DNA of 50,115 nucleotides from Patescibacteria group bacterium (GTDB taxonomy: Bacteria > Patescibacteriota > Microgenomatia > UBA8517). The position numbers and the translations under genes are program-made. Below, in pieces: positions 8,564 through 16,666 of this stretch. The stretch covers positions 60,977 to 111,091 of the forward strand of contig JBBTZT010000003.1 in the NCBI GenBank assembly GCA_038061225.1. Direction: 5' to 3'. Position 1 is the first letter of the stretch. Each line of letters starts with the position of its first letter. Under the pieces are notes generated by a model, which saw nothing but the letters and a program-made list of their open reading frames with translations, ran no database searches and was not told where the DNA came from.

Positions 8564-9799
8564 ATGATTGAAAAAATAACAAAAAATACATCGATACTAT
8601 CGTCAAAATATTTTATGTTAGTTCTAGGTTTTCTAGGTTTATTTTTAGTATCGACTGGTGTTTCCCTAGCTGGTTTTACCTTTTTAGTTAAAGATACAGG
8701 TACAAAAATAAATAATATTAATCCGTCCGGTAAAGTCTCAAGAGTCGATTTATCAAAACCAAAAACTGAAAGTTGCCCAATCAATGGAGAAATGTTTACC
8801 AAAGAACAAAAAAATCTTTGGTTAACTAAAAGACCTATTGTTGCAGTAATTGAAAATCATTTAGAATCACGCCCACAATCAGGTCTATCAAAGGCGGATC
8901 TTGTCTACGAAATAGTAGCAGAGGGTGGTATCACAAGATTTTTAGCAGTTTTTTATTGTGCTATTGCTGATAACAACTATATTATTGGTCAAATTAGAAG
9001 TGCCAGAGTTTACTTCATTAACTATGCTTTGGAATATGGAGATAATCCATTGTTTGTGCATTGGGGAGGAGCAAACAATATAAATAACAATATGCCAAGT
9101 GGTATCAAAACATATGGAGATATTGATCCAAGAGTAGATGCTTACAAACTTCTTGAAAAAGTTGGTTGGGTTAATGGAAGATATGGTAGCGATATGAACG
9201 GTGCAACAAATACAGGTTACCCAGCATTATTTACTGATGATAGAAGAATGGATCTTGCAACGGAGCATCAAAAAGTTGGTTCTACAGATAAGATTTATGA
9301 AGAAGCAACAAAGAGAGGTTATGATTACAAAGATTCTGATGGAAATAGTTGGGATGAAAAATTTGTTTCTTGGAAATTTATGGATGACAAACCACAGACT
9401 GCAACTGCAACAAATATTAACTTTTCATTCTGGGAAAGTATGCTTGATTATGATGTAAATTGGAAATATGATTCAGCTAATAATAAATATCTAAGATCAA
9501 ATGGAGGAAATGAACATAAGGATTTAGAAAATGGAGAGCAGTTAACTGCTAAAAATGTGGTTATTGTTTTTGTCAAAGAAGAAGGTCCAGTTGATAAAGA
9601 ACATCATATGTTATATACAGTAACAGGTAAAGGAGAAGCTGTTGTTTTTCAAAACGGTGGTGTGATAAATGCCACTTGGAAAAAAACAACTGCCACAGAT
9701 CGTTTGATACTCATCGATGAAAATAAGGATGAAATAAAATTTGTTAGGGGACAAACTTGGATAGAAGTGTTACCATTGGGTAATAAAGTGAGTTATTAA
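8564..9799 (+). CDS. DUF3048 (YerB-like) membrane-anchored protein
   Basis: RPIVAVIEN, RPQSGLSKADLVYE, EGGITRF, IRSAR, H-x-GG, GQTWIEV. Confidence 0.9.
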   Translation: MIEKITKNTSILSSKYFMLVLGFLGLFLVSTGVSLAGFTFLVKDTGTKINNINPSGKVSRVDLSKPKTESCPINGEMFTKEQKNLWLTKRPIVAVIENHLESRPQSGLSKADLVYEIVAEGGITRFLAVFYCAIADNNYIIGQIRSARVYFINYALEYGDNPLFVHWGGANNINNNMPSGIKTYGDIDPRVDAYKLLEKVGWVNGRYGSDMNGATNTGYPALFTDDRRMDLATEHQKVGSTDKIYEEATKRGYDYKDSDGNSWDEKFVSWKFMDDKPQTATATNINFSFWESMLDYDVNWKYDSANNKYLRSNGGNEHKDLENGEQLTAKNVVIVFVKEEGPVDKEHHMLYTVTGKGEAVVFQNGGVINATWKKTTATDRLILIDENKDEIKFVRGQTWIEVLPLGNKVSY

Positions 9800-9817
9800 C
9801 TGCCTCAATATAATAAT

Positions 9818-10402
9818 ATGACCAATTTAGAAGACATTATTACTTCGAAAGTAAGAGTTAAGGTATTAGAATTATTCTTTTCTAATTTAACTGAAATGTA
9901 TCATGTCAGGGGAATTGTTCGTGAAATTAAAGAAGAAATTAATGCTGTAAGAAGGGAACTGGAAAGACTTGAGAAAGCCGGAATATTAAAGAAAGAACCA
10001 AGAGGAAATAGAATATATTATTTTGTTCGTACTGATTATAACGGTTTTAGTGATCTTCTCTCAATTGTTGCAAAATCTACAGGTCTTGGAAAAGAAATTT
10101 GTGATTCACGGTCAAAGCTTGGGAAAGTATCTATAGTTATGTTTTCAGGTTCATTTGTACGAATGAAGCCAAGGAAAAAAGATGATAATGTAGATATTTT
10201 AATTGTTGGGGAGGTTGTCCTTCCTGAATTGGCCATGATTATTCGTACTTATGAATCAAAACTGGCAAGAGAAATAAATTATACTGTAATGACAAAAGAA
10301 GAATTAGATTATAGAAAGAAAAGAAGAGATCCATTTTTACAGAGTATATTTTTAGGAAGTCGAGTTATGATTATTGGAGATGAAGAAGAACTTACTAATT
10401 AA
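9818..10402 (+). CDS. Winged-helix protein with C-terminal minimal nucleotidyltransferase-like domain
   Basis: HTH region HVRGIVREIKEEINAVRRELERLEKAG; GSF...VDILIVG...REINYTVM. Confidence 0.7.
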   Translation: MTNLEDIITSKVRVKVLELFFSNLTEMYHVRGIVREIKEEINAVRRELERLEKAGILKKEPRGNRIYYFVRTDYNGFSDLLSIVAKSTGLGKEICDSRSKLGKVSIVMFSGSFVRMKPRKKDDNVDILIVGEVVLPELAMIIRTYESKLAREINYTVMTKEELDYRKKRRDPFLQSIFLGSRVMIIGDEEELTN

Positions 10403-11639
10403 AGTTATATTAATACTTCTGGTTACCGTAGCTTGTAGTTTTATAAGTTTTGGTTATCCTTTGTTTGGCAAGACTTTTAATTTGTCATTAGGCCTTGATC
10501 TTTCTGGAGGAAGTCATTTGGTCTTTGAGGCCGACGCAGGAGGCCTTCCTAGCAGTAAAAAAGATCAGGCAATTAAATCACTAAGAAATGTAATAGAGAA
10601 AAGGGTTAATCTTTTTGGATTATCTGAATCAAATGTACAAACTTCAAATTTTGAAGGTAAAGATAGAATCATAGTTGAACTTCCTGGAATAAATGATCCT
10701 AAAGAAGCATCAAGTCTTATTGGCCAAACAGCTCAACTTTTATTTGTAGAAGTTGTTGAGACACCAGCTGAAAATGGAGCAACACCATCTTCACAACTAT
10801 CCCCTACAGATTTAACAGGGGCAGATTTAAAATCAGCAACTACAGTTTTTGATCAAAACACAGGTAAACCCTCAGTTTCTATTGAATTTACTGAAGAAGG
10901 TTCAAAAAAGTTTGAAGAAATAACTGGCAGAAATGTTGGTAAGCCTGTCGTAATTATTTTAGACAATGACATCGTATCATCCCCTCAAGTAAATGAAAAA
11001 ATTATTGGAGGCAAAGCACAAATTTCAGGAAATTTTACTGTAGAAGAAGCAAACAAACTTGAAGTTCAGTTAAATGCAGGTGCTCTTCCTGTACCTGTCA
11101 AATTAGTTGAAGAAAAAACAGTTGGAGCAACGCTTGGAGCTGACTCTGTTAATAAAAGTATTAAGGCGGGTGTTATTGGTATTATTATGGTTTCACTTTT
11201 TATGATTTTAATTTATGGCAAATATGGATTAATTGCTGATGTCGCACTTGTAATTTTTGGATTAATGACACTTGCTATATATAAATTAGTTCCAATAACA
11301 TTGACACTTCCCGGAATTGCAGGATTTTTATTGTCTGTTGGCATGGCAGTTGATAGCAATATATTAATTTTTGAAAGATTAAAAGAAGAAATAAAAAGTA
11401 AGCCAATGAAAACAGCACTGGAAGTTTCCTTTGGTAGAGCATGGGATTCTATAAGAGATGCTAATGTAGCAACACTTGTAACAGCCTTTATTCTTGCCAA
11501 TCCACTCGATTGGAGTTTTTTACACGTATCAGGACCAGTTAGAGGTTTTGCAATTACACTTGCTTTGGGTATTGTTATATCATTATTTACTGGTATTGTT
11601 GTAACAAGAAATTTGATGAGACTTTTTGTAAAAGAATAA
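10380..11639 (+). CDS. secD: Protein translocase subunit SecD
   Basis: LGLDLSGG, IIVELPG, LNAGALP, VGATLG, GMAVDSNILIFER, VRGFA. Confidence 0.97.
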   Translation: MKKNLLIKVILILLVTVACSFISFGYPLFGKTFNLSLGLDLSGGSHLVFEADAGGLPSSKKDQAIKSLRNVIEKRVNLFGLSESNVQTSNFEGKDRIIVELPGINDPKEASSLIGQTAQLLFVEVVETPAENGATPSSQLSPTDLTGADLKSATTVFDQNTGKPSVSIEFTEEGSKKFEEITGRNVGKPVVIILDNDIVSSPQVNEKIIGGKAQISGNFTVEEANKLEVQLNAGALPVPVKLVEEKTVGATLGADSVNKSIKAGVIGIIMVSLFMILIYGKYGLIADVALVIFGLMTLAIYKLVPITLTLPGIAGFLLSVGMAVDSNILIFERLKEEIKSKPMKTALEVSFGRAWDSIRDANVATLVTAFILANPLDWSFLHVSGPVRGFAITLALGIVISLFTGIVVTRNLMRLFVKE

Positions 11640-11663
11640 ATATGATTTTAGAATAACCAAAAT

Positions 11664-12467
11664 ATGATTTTGTGGATGAAATATAGATTCATTTATTTTG
11701 CGGTTTCCGCAATATTTTTGAGTGCTGGAATTTTCAGTTTATTCAAATGGGGACTTAATCTTGGAATTGATTTTACTGGTGGAGTTGTTACAGAATATAA
11801 ACTTCCTAGTGGTCAAATTAAAAATGAAAAATACGGAATTAAATCAAATGAAGAGATTGATAAAATAAGAGAAGATATAAAGCAAAAAGATGCACAGGAA
11901 TTAAGATTTGAAACAGTTGGCCCTTCAATTGGTCCAGAACTTGTTAAAAAGACTTTCTTTGCTCTGGCTACGTCTACTCTTCTCATTCTTTTTTGGATAG
12001 CGATTCAATTTAAGAGTGTTAAGTTTGGAGTTTCTGCAATTTTAGCTATGATTCATGACTCACTAATATTAGTTGGAGGGTTTTCATTGCTAGGTCATTT
12101 TGCTGATGTTGAAATTGATTTTCTTTTTGTTACTGCAGTATTAACAATTCTTTCTTTTTCAGTTCATGACACAATTGTTGTATATGACAGAATACGAGAA
12201 AAACAAAAAAAATATGATCCAACTTTAGGAGACGATATTAATAAAATTGCCAATAGCGCCCTAACTGAAACAATGGTCAGAAGTCTTAATAATTCTTTTA
12301 CTATAATATTTATGCTTTTATCTTTAGTTCTTCTAGGAGGGGATACCGTTAAATGGTTTGCTATTGCCTTATTAATAGGTACGATTTCAGGAACTTATTC
12401 ATCACCATTTGTTGCCGTTCCAATTTTAGTTACTTGGGAAGATGTCGCGAAGAGATTTAAAAAATAA
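11664..12467 (+). CDS. secF: Protein translocase subunit SecF (short periplasmic domain)
   Basis: GIDFTGG, VGPSIG, HD, SVHDTIVVYDRIRE, RSLN, GTYSS. Confidence 0.97.
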   Translation: MILWMKYRFIYFAVSAIFLSAGIFSLFKWGLNLGIDFTGGVVTEYKLPSGQIKNEKYGIKSNEEIDKIREDIKQKDAQELRFETVGPSIGPELVKKTFFALATSTLLILFWIAIQFKSVKFGVSAILAMIHDSLILVGGFSLLGHFADVEIDFLFVTAVLTILSFSVHDTIVVYDRIREKQKKYDPTLGDDINKIANSALTETMVRSLNNSFTIIFMLLSLVLLGGDTVKWFAIALLIGTISGTYSSPFVAVPILVTWEDVAKRFKK

Positions 12468-12475
12468 TCTATCAA

Positions 12476-12766
12476 TTAAAGAGGTTCGAGTTTTAATGTA
12501 AGCTTTGAATTTAGAGCTTCAGCAATTCTTTTTAGGAAAGATAGCGATGGGTTTCCAGACATTGTCTCAATTCGTGAAACTGCTGCTTGTGAAGTCTTAA
12601 GTTTTTTTGCAAGGATCCTTTGCGATACTTTCTTTTCAATTCTGGCTTTGATTAAACTATCAGCTAGTAAATATTCAGGTTCAGATTTTCTCCATAACTT
12701 TTTAAATACTGGGTCATTAAGACTTTCTTTTAAGTGATCATCGTATGTGTAAAATATTTTTCTCAT
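12476..12766 (-). CDS. XRE-family HTH antitoxin (HigA-like)
   Basis: SQRILAKKLKTSQAAVSRIE, NPSLSFLKRIAEAL; downstream of a RelE-like gene. Confidence 0.88.
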   Translation of the reverse strand: MRKIFYTYDDHLKESLNDPVFKKLWRKSEPEYLLADSLIKARIEKKVSQRILAKKLKTSQAAVSRIETMSGNPSLSFLKRIAEALNSKLTLKLEPL

Positions 12767-12771
12767 ACTTT

Positions 12772-12800
12772 AATGATATCATATATGATATCATTGTCAA
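12772..12800 (-). promoter_or_regulatory. Antitoxin promoter with 24-bp perfect palindromic operator
   Basis: TTGACA (12800-12795), 16 nt, TATCAT (12778-12773), ATG 6 nt later; palindrome aatgatatcatatatgatatcatt at 12772-12795. Confidence 0.8.
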
Positions 12801-13144
12801 TAAGTATTTCTGTTTTTCCAATCTTCTAATCTTGCGAGAGCTGTATTTATGTATTTTTTAGGAGTTTTTTGGCTTTTCTTTATAAATCCTAAAATTATTA
12901 ACACATCTCCTTTGAATACAACTGCGTAGATTACTCTAACGCTGTTTTTACCAACTAACTTTATTTCCCATAATTTTGTTCCTGTTAACTTCTTAGTATG
13001 AGGTACTGCAGATATTACGCCATATTTTTTAAAGTGCTCGAAAGTATGAAAAAGCTTTTCTTTTTCAGTTTTTTCTAGTGAATCAATAAATTTGCTAACC
13101 GCATCGTGTTTTGAAGCAGATACATAATAATAAATTTTACTCAT
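12797..13144 (-). CDS. RelE/ParE-family toxin (Gp49/HigB-like)
   Basis: PHTKKLTGTKLWEIK, RVIY, GFIKKSQKTP...ALAR; toxin-first order with the HTH gene. Confidence 0.9.
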   Translation of the reverse strand: MSKIYYYVSASKHDAVSKFIDSLEKTEKEKLFHTFEHFKKYGVISAVPHTKKLTGTKLWEIKLVGKNSVRVIYAVVFKGDVLIILGFIKKSQKTPKKYINTALARLEDWKNRNTY

Positions 13145-14468
13145 TTTTTAATTTATTAAGCAGTGTTTCTCTTTCATTTGGAACACCATTTTCTGTGACT
13201 TCTAGAAATATCTTTTCTAAAATTTCACCAACTTTTGGTCCAGCTGGAATATTTAATTCTTCCATTACATCACGACCGCTAATTTTTAGATCTTTAATAC
13301 TAAAAGGTTGTTTTTGAACTTCAACAAGTCTCTTTTTAAATTCTTCAAGACGCCAGCTTGTCTCTCTTGCACCTCCACCCAGTCTATCTGCAACACGAAG
13401 ATCAAGCATATCTTGAACATACTCAAGTCCTACATTTGTAATAAATCTTTTGACACTAGAATCTGTTTGATTTTCATCAACAGTAAACTGATGGAATCTG
13501 ACAAGTTTTATAAATTTATCCTTTTCTTTAGTTGAAAATTTAAGTCTATTTGCTAAATTTTCTGCAATCTTAGTCGAAACCATCTCGTGATTATAAAAAG
13601 TAATCACACCCGTAGGAAGTTTTCTAAAAGTTTGTGGTTTTCCAATATCATGTATCAAAGTTGCAAATCTTGTGATTGGATCTGTTGATTTACATTCTTT
13701 TAAACTTACTAATAAATGAGTCCCAACGTCATAAATATGATGTCTACTTGGGGATTTTTGTTCCACTCCAAAGCATTTAGTAAGTTCAGGTAATATTTCT
13801 TGCATTAAACCTGTTTCTTTAAGGTGAAGAATTCCAGCATAAGGATTATCACTTTTTAATATTTTAAATAATTCATCTTTGATTCTTTCTTTGGCAATTT
13901 TATTAATTAGCGCTGAATTTGTCTGAATTGCTTCAAAAGTTTTTTCTTCAATTTTGAAATTTAATTCCCCCGCAATTCTAACTGCTCTCATCATTCTAAG
14001 AGCATCTTCATTAAAGCGTTCGTTTGCATCCCCAACAGCTCTTACTATTTTATTATCTAAATCTTTTTGTCCTTCGTACAAATCAATAATTTTTTCGTCA
14101 TCTATTGCCAGTGCATTGAATGTAAAATCTCGCCTTTTTAGGTCTTCTTCAAGTGTTTTACCCCACGATACAGTGTCTGGTCGTCTGCTGTCAGAATAAC
14201 CATGTTCAGTCCTAAATGTTGTTATTTCAAAAGGTTTATCATACCCTTCAACAGTTAAACCTACTGTTCCATAGACATTGTCGTAAAAACCATCAGGGTA
14301 TATTTTTAATATTTCTTCTGGATTTGCATTAGTTGTAAAATCCCAGTCACTAACTATTTTACCCATTAAAATATCTCTAACTGCTCCACCAACTACATAT
14401 ATTTCAAAATTTAGTTTGCTAAATTTCGCCATAATTTCCTTTACTTTATCTGGAAGTTTAAAAATCAT
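13137..14468 (-). CDS. cca: CCA-adding tRNA nucleotidyltransferase with HD domain
   Basis: VGGAVRD, DWD, EITTFR, DLKRRDFTFNA, RFNEDALRMMRAVR, HDIGKP. Confidence 0.92.
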   Translation of the reverse strand: MIFKLPDKVKEIMAKFSKLNFEIYVVGGAVRDILMGKIVSDWDFTTNANPEEILKIYPDGFYDNVYGTVGLTVEGYDKPFEITTFRTEHGYSDSRRPDTVSWGKTLEEDLKRRDFTFNALAIDDEKIIDLYEGQKDLDNKIVRAVGDANERFNEDALRMMRAVRIAGELNFKIEEKTFEAIQTNSALINKIAKERIKDELFKILKSDNPYAGILHLKETGLMQEILPELTKCFGVEQKSPSRHHIYDVGTHLLVSLKECKSTDPITRFATLIHDIGKPQTFRKLPTGVITFYNHEMVSTKIAENLANRLKFSTKEKDKFIKLVRFHQFTVDENQTDSSVKRFITNVGLEYVQDMLDLRVADRLGGGARETSWRLEEFKKRLVEVQKQPFSIKDLKISGRDVMEELNIPAGPKVGEILEKIFLEVTENGVPNERETLLNKLKNE

Positions 14469-14486
14469 ATGTTAATATTATACAGC

Positions 14487-16136
14487 ATGAAATGGAATAT
14501 ATTAGATAATTCACTAGTCACTAGTCACAAATCACTAATCACTGTTTTATTAAAAAATAGAAAACTTAATACAAAAAAAGAAATAGATGATTTTTTAGAC
14601 CCCAAAAACCCTAGTGAGATAGAACTAAGAGAATTAAAAATTACGAAATCATCAGTTCAAAGAATTGTAAAAAGACTTAAAATTGCAAAAGAAAAAAAAG
14701 AAAAGATAGTAGTTTTTGGTGATTACGATTGTGACGGAATATGTGCTACTGCTATTCTTTGGGAAACTCTTTATAAATTAGGTTTTGACGCTATGCCTTA
14801 TATTCCTGATAGATTTGAAGAGGGATATGGAATCAAGACTTCTAGCTTTGTAAATACGAAACTCAAAAGTCTTAATCCGAAATTAATTATAACCGTTGAT
14901 AATGGTATTGTTGCTTACGATGCAATTAAAGAAGCTAAAAAAAGAAAGATTGATTTAATAGTTGTCGATCATCACACAAAAGGCGATAAACAGCTTAAAG
15001 CTTATGGCATATTGCATAGTACTATGGTTTGTGGATCAGCACTTGCTTGGTTTTTAGCTAACAAGGTCAGACCTTTAAATATTGCATCAAAAAGGTCTGA
15101 CCTTAATAGTGGTTTAGACCTTGTTACTATTGGAACCATCGCTGATCAAATGCCACTTTTGGGGATTAATAGATCACTTGTTAGATATGGCTTACCAGAA
15201 CTTGCAAAAACAAAAAGAGTAGGGCTTCAATTAATGTTTAAGGATTTAAAATTAGATAGCGTTGGTACGTATGAAGTTGGATATTTAATTGCACCAAGAA
15301 TTAATGCAATGGGACGATTAGATAGTGCCACTGACTCTTTAAGATTTTTATGTACCAAAGATTCCAAAAAAGCAAAAGATTTAAATAAACTTTTAAACGA
15401 CACAAATAGCAAAAGACAAAAAATTGTTGATGAAGTTTTAATTAAAGCCATAGAAAAAGTTAATGAAGATAGTGTCAATACTGATAAAATAATAGTAATT
15501 TCTGGAAATTATCATGAAGGAGTTATTGGGCTTGCGTCAGGTAAAATAACTGAAAAATTTAATAGACCATCAATAGTTTTATCTGAAAATAAAGAAATAT
15601 CAAAAGCTTCTGCCAGATCTATTATTGGTTTTAACATAATAGAAGCAATTAAAAAGACGGGGTTAATAATTGAAGGTGGAGGACATCCAATGGCAGCAGG
15701 TTTTTCAATTGAAACTACAAAAATATCCGAATTCAGGGCAAAAATTAATAAAATTGGGGATAAAAACTTAAGTGAAGAAATTTTGACTAAAAAACTTTTA
15801 ATTGATTTAAAAATAAATTTTAATCTAATTAATCAAGAACTTGTAGATGAAATAAAAAAATTTGACCCAACAGGGCAAGGAAATTATTCACCAGTTTTTG
15901 TGAGTAAAAACGTGGAAGTTAAAGAAGCCAAAATAATTGGACAAGAAGGAAAACATTTAAAATTAAAACTCTCACAAAATGAAATTGTCTTCGACGCAAT
16001 TGCGTTTGGTTTTGCTAATGACCAAAAGTTAAATGCTAATGGTGTTGTTAGCGTTGCCTATACAATTGAAGAAAATGTTTGGAACAATAAATCCTCGATA
16101 CAATTAAAAATAAAAGATATTCACTTGTTCGACTAA
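14487..16136 (+). CDS. recJ: ssDNA exonuclease RecJ
   Basis: GDYDCDG, PDRFEEGYG, TVDNG, DHH, GTIAD, PRINAMGR, SARS, GGHPMAAG. Confidence 0.97.
   Translation: MKWNILDNSLVTSHKSLITVLLKNRKLNTKKEIDDFLDPKNPSEIELRELKITKSSVQRIVKRLKIAKEKKEKIVVFGDYDCDGICATAILWETLYKLGFDAMPYIPDRFEEGYGIKTSSFVNTKLKSLNPKLIITVDNGIVAYDAIKEAKKRKIDLIVVDHHTKGDKQLKAYGILHSTMVCGSALAWFLANKVRPLNIASKRSDLNSGLDLVTIGTIADQMPLLGINRSLVRYGLPELAKTKRVGLQLMFKDLKLDSVGTYEVGYLIAPRINAMGRLDSATDSLRFLCTKDSKKAKDLNKLLNDTNSKRQKIVDEVLIKAIEKVNEDSVNTDKIIVISGNYHEGVIGLASGKITEKFNRPSIVLSENKEISKASARSIIGFNIIEAIKKTGLIIEGGGHPMAAGFSIETTKISEFRAKINKIGDKNLSEEILTKKLLIDLKINFNLINQELVDEIKKFDPTGQGNYSPVFVSKNVEVKEAKIIGQEGKHLKLKLSQNEIVFDAIAFGFANDQKLNANGVVSVAYTIEENVWNNKSSIQLKIKDIHLFD
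14511..14545. repeat. Heptamer tandem repeat (TCACTAG-like x5) in the recJ 5' end
   Basis: tcactag tcactag tcacaaa tcactaa tcactgt. Confidence 0.8.
15063..15104. repeat. REP-like double palindrome, copy 2 (inside recJ)
   Basis: aaggtcagacctt (15063-15075), 16-nt spacer, aaggtctgacctt (15092-15104). Confidence 0.88.
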
Positions 16137-16184
16137 TTCCAATTATATTGGTTTGATTAGCCGAACAAGCTTAAAGATGTTTAA

Positions 16185-16382
16185 TTATTTTCCACCCTTT
16201 TTTAATAAGATGTCTATTTGGTTGATTGTTGGAGTAGCAATAATAATATATTTTTTATTATTTTTTCTTTCATGCTTATTGCAACAATCAATGCATCTAG
16301 CGGATGTAACATATTTTGGTACTGAAAATTTATTTTTACACCCACCCTTACATTCTGTGCAGTCGCATTTGATGATATGCAT
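16185..16382 (-). CDS. 65-aa Cys-rich hypothetical protein
   Basis: MHIIKCDCTECKGGC...RCIDCCNKH; AAGGAG SD a few nt upstream of ATG 16382. Confidence 0.65.
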   Translation of the reverse strand: MHIIKCDCTECKGGCKNKFSVPKYVTSARCIDCCNKHERKNNKKYIIIATPTINQIDILLKKGGK

Positions 16383-16492
16383 GACATTCTCCTTTTTGAA
16401 AAATTTTTTAAATACAAAAAACGCATTTGTTTTTGTATTCACATTTTTTTTCAAAAATTATGTCAAAGTACACATGTCCCGTCCAGAGGGCG

Positions 16493-16521
16493 AAAAAAAA
16501 CCTCTTTGCTTAAAGAGGTTT
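16493..16521 (-). terminator. Intrinsic terminator of a leader/attenuator
   Basis: Minus strand AAACCUCUUU-AAGC-AAAGAGGUUU continuing into a U8 tract. Confidence 0.8.
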
Positions 16522-16550
16522 GTCAAAAATAAGTCAACAAGACAAACCTC

Positions 16551-16598
16551 TTAGCTAAAGAGATTAATAATTGTCTTGACTGAACTATAAAATTTCAT
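16551..16598 (-). CDS. Putative leader peptide MKFYSSVKTIINLFS
   Basis: 15-codon ORF between a sigma70 promoter and terminator/antiterminator stems. Confidence 0.55.
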   Translation of the reverse strand: MKFYSSVKTIINLFS

Positions 16599-16609
16599 AT
16601 ATAGTAAGA

Positions 16610-16638
16610 AGTTTAGAAAAAGTTATACATATTGTCAA
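16610..16638 (-). promoter_or_regulatory. Sigma70 promoter for the leader and Cys-rich gene
   Basis: TTGACA (16638-16633), 17 nt, TAAACT (16615-16610). Confidence 0.7.
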
Positions 16639-16666
16639 TACTTAATATTGAAGTTAGAATACATAT

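Noticed and set aside
16153-16554. 133-aa hydrophobic + strand ORF and 70-aa - strand ORF (16214-16426)
   Set aside because: TTG or weak starts and no motifs; both overlap the SD-supported Cys-rich ORF, and the longer one runs through the terminator stems.
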